A stretch of 62,246 bases of DNA, counting the filler, from Porpidia crustulata (Eukaryota): NCBI GenBank assembly GCA_964255105.1. It is 6 parts of 6 records of this genome, joined end to end, with 100 filler letters (N's around TTAATTAATTAA, not from the genome) between each part and the next. Parts side by side here need not be neighbours in the genome. Positions count along the whole stretch, not along the records: positions 51,977 to 62,246 come from CAXUWE010000798.1; 5 more parts are not named here. One strand, 5' to 3'. This document shows, in pieces, positions 51,977 through 62,246 of the stretch (the stretch's first letter is position 1; each line of letters begins with the position of its first letter). The translations under genes were made by a program, and so were the position numbers. The notes beneath the pieces are model-generated. The model did no database searches and was not told the DNA's origin. It saw nothing but the letters and a program-made list of their open reading frames with translations.

Positions 51977-54574
51977 GTCCCGTTGCTCACGGTCGTGGTC
52001 CCGTTCGCCAGGGTGCCGTTGACCTTGCTGTGCGTGATCTGGTTCGCGCTCGTCACGCCCGAGACCAGACTTCCCGAGGCCGCGAGCCCGGACGGCACCT
52101 GGACGAAGACGGCGGGGATCAGGGCCGCGGCGGCGAAGCCGTGGAAGAGGCGGGAGTACAGGTTGGCGAGGACACCGACGGCGAGGGCGCCAAGGGTATT
52201 TGCGATCTGAGCGTTGGCGGGGAAGCGGAGGGCGGAGAAATGGTTGACGACGTAGCCGACGAAGCTGATGACGACCATGACGGGCATCTGCTTCCACTTG
52301 CCCTGGTTGATGACGATCAGGCAGAGGGTGAAGGGGGGGACGAAGATGAAGGGGAACCACACGGGCGTCGAGGTTTTGCAGATCACTTCTGAGGTCGCGT
52401 GGGGATCTATGCCACCGTAGAAAGAGGTGCCGATTGTGATACCGAAGCCGAGGAAAAGGGAGTAAATGATGGCGTACACCATGCGCACAGAACCGGCGAC
52501 GATATTTTTGGATTGGAGTTCGAGAGAGCCACAAAGGACGGTGTAGCCGGGAAGGATCAGGGCGATTGAAGATTGTGCTAGGGCGGAAAAGCAAAAGGTG
52601 TTGCCATGGTTTATGGAGCCGAACCCGCGGGCGACGAAACTCGTGAAAACCGCGGCGGAGACTTCAAAGATGTTGGAATAGAGCTCGGACTTTGGGGCGA
52701 AGATAAGCTGCATAATCCCGAGGGAACAGCCAAGTATGAATGCAATTGGCAAGTCAATGAGTCGAGCACCAAAAGCAAATGGACCGACGCATGCGCTGGC
52801 GATACCATACGCAAGGACAAGAACCCAACGGTTATAGCGTTGTTTCCTCTTCTCGATTTCATCCAGCTGTTGCATCGCGTCTTCCAAAGGTAATAGATCG
52901 TGAACGACCTCTTTATAGATTTCGTGAGTTTCGCGAAGTTTTCCGAGGTCTACAGCTTGGGAGGTGCGCACGATTTTTACTTCCGTGGTATGTGCAGCAC
53001 TGTCATCGAAAGAAATAATCATACAGCCCGGTATGTACAGAAATTGGGCTTCAATCTCCAAGACTCTAGCACAATATTTCATGTACTCTAAAATTCGTCA
53101 GTTTTTCTCCTCATCCAATGCAAGTTCACACACCTTCCAAGCGATGCGTCGGTGCACCGTAGCTCATCAAGGCCTTGGTCATTTTCAGAACAAATTTCTG
53201 TCGTGAAAACAATTGCGCAATATGGACCTGAATGCGGACCGATTGGTCCGATCTTGGTCCCTTGGCTTTGGCAAGTATTGTTTCCAACGCATTGCCGCTG
53301 TTCCGCCTTGCCTTAGTCTTAGGTCGGATCGTAGGCCCATCGTTTGGTGAATGAGAAGATCCTGCAGGCTGTGCAAGCACGGTAGAAGAGCTGATGAGAT
53401 TTGCAATTGATCCTGTAGACGAAGACTCCGTGTTCTTGTACCACTTTGGACGCTTGGTTCTTGTTGGAGAGGAAGCGCCAGATGAAACTGGTGAAAGATT
53501 CGAAGCCGATGTCGCCCCTGATGCTAATAAGGACTCCTTACTCTGATTTCCTTTCCCGGTCTTGAGCGCATCCAGACCGCTTGGTATGTTTGAAAGCGCG
53601 GAACCGACTCCTTCTTCATTATATAATTTCAATATAGAAGACAGAAATCCTTCACGATACTCCTTCGGTCTTGGCACGTACTCTTCCTGATCTCGATCAT
53701 AATTTGGCGTTGTTTGACCGGAAGCTAGTGGTGCTTGGACCCTGTGTAATTTGTACTTGCCTTTCTTCTTATTCTTCTCCTTACCCTTGTCTTTCCGGCT
53801 GTGATACCTGACAAGGCGTCGTGCAGCTAGTTGAAACCGATTGTAAATTTTGTTTGAGGGCTTCTCATCATGTTCATCATCATCATCCTCGTCCTCGGTC
53901 TCATCTTCAATACCATACTTTCGTGTCGTATGTAATTTTTGCAATGGTATGCTATCCAAGTCTATGCCATTACTGAGGTTCTGAGAAGGTGAAGGTGAAC
54001 GGGAGCGTTTTCTTATCGGTGATGGTATTTTTGACCCAGGTGCCGAACGGCTACCGACCAACCGTCGATTCAGACGTTCGGCTCTTTCGCGCGCAGACTG
54101 CTGCGAAAATGCTTTCTCCTTGGCTTGGTGAGCTTCGATATCATCTGATAATTCCGTTGTCACATTATCCATCTCCGATTCCGACGAAGAAGGTGCTCGC
54201 AAGATTGGAGGTCGACCTTTCGGTGCAGACGATTTGTCGCGAGAGTCTGTTATATCTCGGGTGATATTGGAGTCCACTAGGTGGGGAACAGACGTGGAAC
54301 TGCTACTTCTTGAGTGTCCAGAATTTCTCCTGGCCCGTGGCATGGGCTTCAAACCGCCACCTAAAGGACTGTTTTCATCGCGAACCTCAAACAAGCTCCG
54401 CTGGTTGCTTTCATCTATCGATTCCCCTCCAGGAGTGAATCTGACTCGGTGGCGTTCTCTTCGCGGTCTCGACGAACCCCTCGAAGGATTTGTACTCGAG
54501 CCCGGACTGATCTCTGATGAGCTTGCATTCTGCTCCGGTGCCAGGGTATGATCTTGGTCGGGAGAAGCCATCAA
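51977..54574 (-). CDS. PRM10: Pheromone-regulated membrane protein Prm10-like (ThrE/DUF1212), 3'-truncated; intron 53133-53088
   Basis: Disordered S/R-rich N-terminus, then KALMSYGAPTHRLE|EYM, FLYIPGCMIISFDD, ALAQSSIALILPGY, GSVRMVYAIIYSLFLGFG, PAVFVQVPSGLA. Confidence 0.9.
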
Positions 54575-55665
54575 ACCGGTCCAGGCAGCTTCCAGTTAAT
54601 TACGAATTTATACAGAATGCATATCCATTGACAATATAGAATTGAGAGACTATGGGGGGCAATGCAAAATTTTTGAGATTCTTTGATGCTCCCGGATTCG
54701 GTTAGTGAGACAAACCAGAACGGACAGAAAACGAGCGACTGTTGGGAATATCAAGAACAAGAAATAACAAGATGCAAGTCAAGAGAACCAACTTGATTGA
54801 GCACAATATAATATCAAGAATAAGCATATGAGAAATACAGAAGAAACACGAAGAATCGTGGTTGGGATATTCGCACATTCCACTGATTACATACAGCTAG
54901 GCACAAGTGGAAGCAAGAGGGGCCACTCTTCTCCCCGCCTACCATTCTAGCGGCCTGCGATGCTAAGTCTGAACCTTGGAAGCCGCTACTAGCAGCGAAG
55001 TTTTTTTTGCTTATTTGCATCTTACATCGCCACCATGACTGTTTGGCAATCGCCATCTCGATGGAAGAAATTATCGTTGGGAGGTTGATGTTAGGAAAAG
55101 GTTTTCGATACATGACGTAGCGAGTATCTACCTTATCGCGGTGGGGTCTTCGACAGCAGTCTTACTCTTAGCTTCTACCTATTTATATCAGTTCAAGCAG
55201 TGATAAGATATACTCACTCTATCGCATCCCACGAAGTCTACGAAACTTTACAAGCATATTATAGACTGCGTATTATCGACCAATCAACTGGCCACAGTAC
55301 CTGCTGTCTTCTACCTTGCGCGCGTATCGGCTCAACGTCGGCGTATCCACTCAGTGGGATGTCCCTGACGATAAGGTATCTGGTAATGGGATATGGACAG
55401 AATCTAATTCTCAAACAAATTCATTTCTTATGTGTTATCTACGACCTCGTCTGAGCCTAGCTCGTCGACGTTCGTATAAGCAAAACCAGCACGGTGAAGT
55501 AGCTATTCATTGCTAGCTACTACCTGCCCCGACTTATAGAGAGAAATCGAGGAGGCGATTTCTTGTCTTGAAATTTTTTGGGTAGGAGCAGAATCAACAA
55601 AAGTCCCAGCGCACATATAATCATTATCCAATACTGCACAGTTGATCAAAGACCTTTCGTCATTG

Positions 55666-58405
55666 TCATTCAATACGTAAATAAGCAAAACAAGGTAATC
55701 TCTTGACTGAAACTTTTCCACACACTTCTTCGACCCACTGCCCTGGTACTCGCCCGACGGGATATAGGTCTTCGACTCCGTCCCATCCCATATCTTCGTC
55801 TGACCATTGAAACCTAGCTATCGTTTCGGTCAAGACTCGTAGGAACTTGGATAGAGACTCATCGCATAATCTGACCCGAGTCCTATCTGTCCGGCGCGCT
55901 CGGTCTCGTTCCACGGTCCATGCGCCGGTCGACTTTGCTTGGCACATGTGCACAAACTCTGACAACGCTTCCACTCTTAGCTTGAAAGTGCCACCGTCGC
56001 TGTACGACTTGATGAATTCATTTTTCGGCTTGAGGATATTTATCACGAGGTAGAATTCGTCTTCGTTGCGATATCGAGGCCCAAGAGCTTCCAGAAATTC
56101 CGATAATCCGAGAAGTGATCTTGTTTTGCCGTAGAAATAACTCTTGAATATAATGGGTATTAATTCCTGACCAACGCATTTGTTTGATAGCAATCTCAGC
56201 AGAAATTGCCGCGGGTCGCCCCGTTGTCCGCGTATCGGTGCTGTCACGCTGCGATGGCCTAAAGGCAGTGGTATATTCTTGAACTTCATAGCGAACTTTG
56301 GACTCCACTGATCCACAGCTTTCCAGAAGTCATGCACTTTTTGGATGATGAATTGACGATTCACTTGGTTGCGGTCGAGAATCTCATGCTGTATCCGAGT
56401 CTCTGCTGTACGGGGTATCGCAGCGTCATATGGTAAGAAGTCCTCAACGTTGACGTGGCTCTCTTTCAGCACGTCATGCCACATTGTAATATTTCCTATA
56501 CGAGCAACTACGTCGGTTAGTGTGCCCCAGTGTTTGCTCACAGCATGTGGATCTGCATCCTTCTCAATAAGCATCTTTAGCAAGCATTTCCAATCTTGCA
56601 CATGGGTTTCATCGATCGGGGGACAAGTGTTTATATGTATTGCTTGAGCGGGAATACTTGCTCTTGCAAGAAGGTCGTTTGGGCCTACATAATAGAATTC
56701 TGAATCATTCATATAGACTGGTTGTATGGCGGCAATGAGAAGGTGCAGGCAGGTCGTTCCATCCTCTAATCGTGTCGACGGACCTCCCGATACCGGTTCG
56801 GAGACGTTCGCGCCATTTTCAAGCAGCCAAGAAATATAATTCAAGTCCCAGGTTCTGCAGATAGCCAATGTCTTCAGCAATGGAGTCCAACCGGCTCCAT
56901 CCCTAGCATTTATGGTTGCATATGAAGGACTGATTAGTGACAGAATGGAGGCTCGTCTGTCGAGACAACGAATGACCGCTAAGATGTGTAAAATATTTGA
57001 CCCGGATAGTGATAGTTGCGTGATGTCAATATCGTGCGTGGTAACAAAATTTTGAAGGTACTGAAGGCCTCGTGCCCTTCCACAGTGCCAAGCGGCTTGT
57101 AATATGCCTGATACGATTACAGGGCTGCATATAAACCGATCAGTGAAATTTTCTAGCTTCAATGGCTCAGAGTCTAGCTCACAAGCCATCATAAGAGATT
57201 GCCGAGGTGTCAGCACCATGATCGATCATATACTCAATTAATTCATGGCCACATACAGAGAATTCTACCGCCTATTGTTCGAAATCAGTAGGCTTATGAA
57301 TACGATATATTTGAGAAGATTTCCTTTACATAGCTGAGGAGTGATTTGCCACGTTCATCAATAGCGTTCACTGAAAGCCTCCGACTCTCGATGTCCTGTT
57401 TTATGAGTGTATCGTCTTTGTGTCCTAGTATGCGGTGGAATTCGCGTCGACCAATGAATTGAGTCCATTGCAGTCTCATATGGATCCGTGGTACAGCATG
57501 ATCGCGGGCCACGTACATTATCAAGCTAGGCAATAAAGAAGTTAGAGGCTCGATGGAAAACTTGAGCTGCTGATAGAGGGACACGAAAGTCTGGTGATGT
57601 GCCTCACGGAACTTGTCGTGCTGATACTCCAATGAGACCGCAACTAGAGGCATCCATAATCTTCGATGCACATCTGTCCGAATTTTCTGACGTAGACGAG
57701 TCAGTGGCTTTTTGACATGGTGCGATACTCGAAGGCGTCTATCGGTGAGTTCAGCGGCTACCATAGCAGAAGATGACTGTGAGTGATAGCCTTCTTGATC
57801 AACGACGCCAGCTTCCTCTGATCTATAAGACGAAGCAATACGCAGGTTTGGATGGTAAGACTCTGTTGTATTCTGCAGATGAAGTATGGACTGCCTGATG
57901 TCTATTATTTCATCCAAGATTCCGGAAGAGGTCTCAGCAGCCTCTTTTGTTCTACGGCTTTTGGCCTGGTTAGACTGGCTGTTGCTGGGGTTTAGAGAGC
58001 TTACTATTTTGCCATTTGCAACGCCAAAACGAGGTCCGACAACATAGTATGTAGTAAATCTCGCATAGTTCTCACCTTTTCTTCGGACATCACAATTTTC
58101 GCCGATCTGCCACACTTGCGTCGGAAGCCTTTGGCCGGGTTCTATAAGTCATCGATCACCAGCCAAAATTCTTGGAGTTGCGTCTGGCAGCGTTCCAATG
58201 CCAAACATACGACACGTTCAGAAATCTGGTGGTCTTCTTTCGCCGGTCCAAGTTCCTGCAGTATCTTGCTGATGAGATCAAGGCAATCAGCAATTACGAC
58301 ATATTCCGCAGAAGCTCCACTGATTGATTTCCAGATACCGTAGATCTCTCTGGTCGTTCTAACAAGCTGCAGAGCTAACGAAGAAATACTGAGAGGATCA
58401 ACCAT
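55666..58405 (-). pseudogene. HeLo-like N-terminal domain + ankyrin-repeat protein with one premature TAG (58142-58144)
   Basis: MVDPLSISSLALQLVRTTREIYGIWKSISGA..LALERC..VIDDL*NPAK; three GT-AG introns connect in frame to ANK repeats (DERGKSLLSY|AV, MIDHGAD, RDGAGWTPLL, LLENGANV, GTTCLHL) and a VPGQWVE tail. Confidence 0.75.
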
Positions 58406-59149
58406 GGCTGACACAATCCTACATGACAGAACATGAAATCATAGAGGAAGTTGATGCTGGTGTCGAAATCAGATCGACACTTGTCATTTGCTAGATCAAA
58501 AATATGTTGACAGACAGCAAAGAAATAACGATTGTTGAAGATATAGAGTCTTGACATAGAACTTGGACAGGACGCCCACTTACTCCGCCCCACTTGTACT
58601 ACTTATGAGTTTCTGCAGCACTATACAACCTATAACAGAGTCTTGCTGTCGGAAAAAGTGAGCCTATAAGAATAATCGCAGGGCGTCGGTCACAGCTACT
58701 TTTCCCCCTCAGAGTAAGTCTGCCTCGTAGCACGGCTACCTGCATAATTGTTGTGTTGCAAGACTGCTACCGTTAAAAAAGCGAGGAACCACGAGAAGTA
58801 ACTTCCGAACGGCTGTCTGGTCTCGTCAAATGGAGAAACAGAAAGTTCTCCCTGCACCGAATAAAATGCAAAGAAACTTTCAAAACACGCGGAGAGGCCC
58901 TGAGAGACCGAAAGAAAACTCGTGATCTCGTGCTACCGAATATCTGCACCAAAGAGAGCATAGTCATCACAGCTTCGTTCCAACAGCATTTTCTATCAAT
59001 TTCTGGACTAAGGTATCAACAAGATCTCATCTAGTTCACTAGCAATCCATCTGTAGGATGAAAATGGGTAGATATAAGAGTACAAAACACTTTATATTGG
59101 TAGCAGATGGAACGATAGACCGGAAGCCTGGATCTGGAAGACATAATAT

Positions 59150-59569
59150 CTGGGGCCACTTGCGTTCTTCATTTTGAGCCGTAGGTAGTTCCCAGGGTTA
59201 TCGTTTTGTTAGGTTGAGAACTGGAGGACTCAAAAAAGCACCTAACGACGTTCCTTCTGAGTCAAGAGTCGTCGGTCGTCTTCGGCCCGAATTCAGACTC
59301 TCCTCGGCAAGAGCTGCTACAAGACGAGAGCACTAGGAAGCACTATTTCCCCGCATTCTGCCTAACTTCCTAGTCATCCGTGTAATCGGGCACCTTCAAT
59401 TGCTTGACTAAACCCTCCGACGGCAGTTCGACTTGCATACCTTTCTGCTGCTAAACAAACGGTGGAGAATCATGGTGCCTTTCGTACCTGTGGGTGATGT
59501 CACCGCGCGGAGACAGAGGCCCTGATGGACCCTTCAGCATGCCACAATCAAATTTTTATCGAAGCGGGG
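59150..59569. promoter_or_regulatory. Candidate CreA/Cre1 (SYGGRG) carbon-catabolite-repression sites upstream of the alpha-galactosidase
   Basis: CTGGGG 59150, CTGGAG 59221, CCCCGC 59349, GTGGAG 59462, GCGGGG 59564; TATA-like CATATAA near 59597. Short motif, so chance matches are possible. Confidence 0.45.
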
Positions 59570-59651
59570 AAATATTGCGGTGAGGAAGATATATGCATAT
59601 AAGCTGTAATATCCCCTTCAGCGGCTCTATTCAGACGTTTGGTTATTGATC

Positions 59652-61386
59652 ATGGTCCCTGCACAGCTCCTCAAAGCCGTGGCTGCGGTATCTCTTTTTT
59701 CCACGCAAGCCTGGGCCGTCAGTTACAATGGCCTTGCCATTACGCCTCAAATGGGCTGGGTATTTCACATCACTTCTCGCATGTGTAGGCTTCTTGCTGA
59801 TAGCTACCAGGATAATTGGAATGCCTTTGGATGCAATGTTAGCGAGACTTTGCTCTTAGGGACCGCCCAAAAGATTGTCGATTACGGATTGAGGGACCTT
59901 GGATACTACTACATAGTCCTCGATGATTGTTGGTCTTCCGGTAGGACAGCCAACGGAACGCTTCAGCCAAATATGACCAAGTTTCCCAACGGTATGAAGC
60001 ATACAGCGGATCAGCTGCACAACATGGGCCTGGGCTTTGGGATGTACTCATCGGCTGGAACATACACGTGTGGGCAGTACGGTACGAATGCCAGCTCCAA
60101 ACGCAAACCTCGATTTGCTGATATAAATTAGCGGCATCACTGGGCAAAGAGAAAATCGATGCTCAAACCTTTGCGGAATGGGGCGTGGGTAGGTTTCAAG
60201 ACATGCGTTAGGCTTCCTGTATTAATGGAGAGATAGATTACCTCAAGTATGATAATTGCTATAATGAGGGGCAATCTGGTACATCCTTGATCACATATAA
60301 CCGGTACAATGCTATGTCTCAGGCTCTGAATGCAACTGGTGAGCATTCTCAAATCCAAATATCAGAGACTCTACTTACATTTCTAGGGCGTCCAATTCTC
60401 TACTCCATGTGCAATTGGGGTGAAGACTCACCCTGGAATTGGGCCCAAACCATGGCAAACTCTTGGCGTATGTCTGGTGATGTATACGACTCATTCGACC
60501 GCCCAGACGACAGATGCCCATGCACGACATATGACTGTGCTCTGCCTGGATTCCACTGCAGCGTCATGAACATCATCAACAAAGTAGCTGCCTTTCCAAG
60601 CAAAGCTCAACCCGGCGCCTGGAATGATATGGACATGCTTGAGGTTGGCAATGGCGGCATGACAGACGACGAATACATTCTTCACTTTTCTATGTGGTGC
60701 GTAAGCCCTTGTCCGGTGCTACTCTTTGGAGGCATCGTATTAATGACCAGCGAAGGGCGATCCTCAAATCTCCCCTAATAATGGGCACGGACATCCGCAC
60801 CATGACTCCCCAAACCCTCTCCATCTACTCTAATCCCGCCATCCTCGCCATCTCCCAAGACCCTGCCGGCTCCTCCGCCTACCGCATCTGGAAACATAGC
60901 GCCGAACCTGACAACTACGGCTTTGGCGAAATCTCCCTCTGGGTCGGCGGCCTCGAAGGCGGCGATTACGTCGTAGCAATGCTCAACGGAGGCAATTACC
61001 CGCGCATGATGAACGCCTCCCTCGCGGACATCTTCTTCGACAAGGCCTCCACCGCGTCCTCCAATGGCGTCGCCACCGAAGTTTTGGAGACATGGGACGT
61101 CTACGACCTCTGGGCGAACCGCATGAGCAACGCCACCGCGCAGTCCATCATCAGCGGGAACGGCACCATGAGCAGCAGCATGGTGAATTCGACGTCAATG
61201 TACAACGCAACGGCCATGAGCTATGCCAAGGGCTTGGCGGCGAATAATACAGCGCTGCTGGGGGCGAAGACGGGGAGTATTGCTCCGATGGGCACGTTGG
61301 AGGCGATGGTGCCGAGGCATGGGGTGGGGTTGTACCGGATCAGGAGTCGAGGGCCGGCGGCGGTGAGGAAGAGGGATGAGTTGTAG
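59652..61386 (+). CDS. Secreted GH27 alpha-galactosidase (AglB/melibiase-like), multi-exon
   Basis: Signal peptide, NGLAITPQMGW|DNWNAFGC, LDDCW, FGMYSSAG, D|YLKYDNC, SWRMSGD, WNDMDMLEVGNGGMT; ends KRDEL*. Confidence 0.95.
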
Positions 61387-61838
61387 GGCTACAGGACTAA
61401 GGGGGTGTATATAGGTTAGGGAATGAGGAGGTGATGAGAGTTTAAAAGCATGTACTTAGACTATGGATCCTTTGTTCATATTCTACAAACGAATCTCAAC
61501 GAGCTCCGATCCTCGGCCCTCGCGACCTTGCGCCGTGTGATATGTTTCACTCATACAAGGCACTTCGCGATCTGATTCCCTTAGCTCTGCCGGTTCAGCG
61601 GTCACAATCGTGTTGTGGTTTGCTTGACTAGTTGAATCCTACTAGCTGTTGGTTCTTGAGCGTGATCGGATTTCCGGTTGGTCAATGGAACAATTTGGGT
61701 TTTGGAATGTAGCGGGGAGGAGAAGAATGTTGAAGGTGAGATACGACAACGGGGAGAGGCAACGATCGATGACGAGAACGACGAGACACTCCCGAGCCAA
61801 CCAAGCCGAAACTCGCCGCATCCACATCGCTCCGCCTC

Positions 61839-62233
61839 TCAGCCTCTTCCCCAATCACAGCTCCTCCCCAACAACCCCGCTAGCTTCTCTAACCCAGCTT
61901 CGTCGACCTCATCGAAGCCTTCAACAGCCGCGCAATCAACGTCTATAATCGCAACGACCTACCCAACACTGTCAACTGCTTCCTTTTCGATCGCCCCGGT
62001 AGAACTAACCTCCCCTTCCCACATCACCGGAACCACAATCTCGCTCCTGCTCTCCCCATCACAAGCGATGTGGCCCGGAAACGCCTCGACGTCTTGCACG
62101 CGCAGGGTTTTTCGCTGAGCAGCTGCTGTGCCGCAGACTCCGCGGCCGAAGGAAATGGTCTGGCAGGCTACTTTGCCTTGGAAGGGGCCGAGGATGAATT
62201 GGTGGGTGTGGGAGGGGTCGAGGATGTAGAAAC
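61839..62233 (-). CDS. Free methionine-R-sulfoxide reductase (GAF domain, fRMsr/YKL069W-like), last two exons; missing from the ORF track
   Basis: GFYILDPS..LGPFQGKVACQTISFGRGVCGTAA..FPGHIACDGESRSEIVVP|VVAIIDVDC..GFDEVD..SCDW; intron 62009-61959. Confidence 0.93.
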
Positions 62234-62246
62234 CTGTGGGGAAGGT

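Noticed and set aside
1..62246. tRNA, rRNA or CRISPR arrays
   Set aside because: None recognised by eye; eukaryotic DNA with no repeat-spacer structure. tRNAscan-SE/Infernal would be needed to exclude small RNAs.

Overview
Fungal (Pezizomycotina ascomycete) genomic DNA with short GT-AG introns. It is not one locus: six contigs (1-10319, 10420-20716, 20817-31111, 31212-41496, 41597-51876, 51977-62246) of strictly decreasing length are joined by identical 100-nt N44-TTAATTAATTAA-N44 linkers, so only within-contig neighbourhoods are meaningful. Genes that look intact: two GNAT acetyltransferases, RanGAP (RNA1), an OPT oligopeptide transporter, a Cys-rich protein ending in HDEL, a small HeLo-like helical protein, DPH6 (partial), a Seb1/MsnA C2H2 factor, a PTH11-like membrane protein (partial), an MFS monocarboxylate transporter divergent from phenylalanine ammonia-lyase, a PRM10/ThrE protein (partial), a GH27 alpha-galactosidase and fRMsr (partial). 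Disrupted genes are numerous: an alpha/beta hydrolase, a modin-like gene, a patatin-NB-ARC-TPR NLR, a twin-CBM18 chitin-binding gene, an Hsp70-like gene with a head-to-head membrane-anchored partner, and a HeLo-like/ankyrin gene. A 527-bp TA-flanked foldback MITE lies just upstream of RNA1. The best candidate for an undescribed system is the Hsp70-like + putative GrpE/MIEAP-like partner + HeLo-like trio at 26.7-31 kb. All family assignments come from manual translation and recalled motifs; no searches were run.
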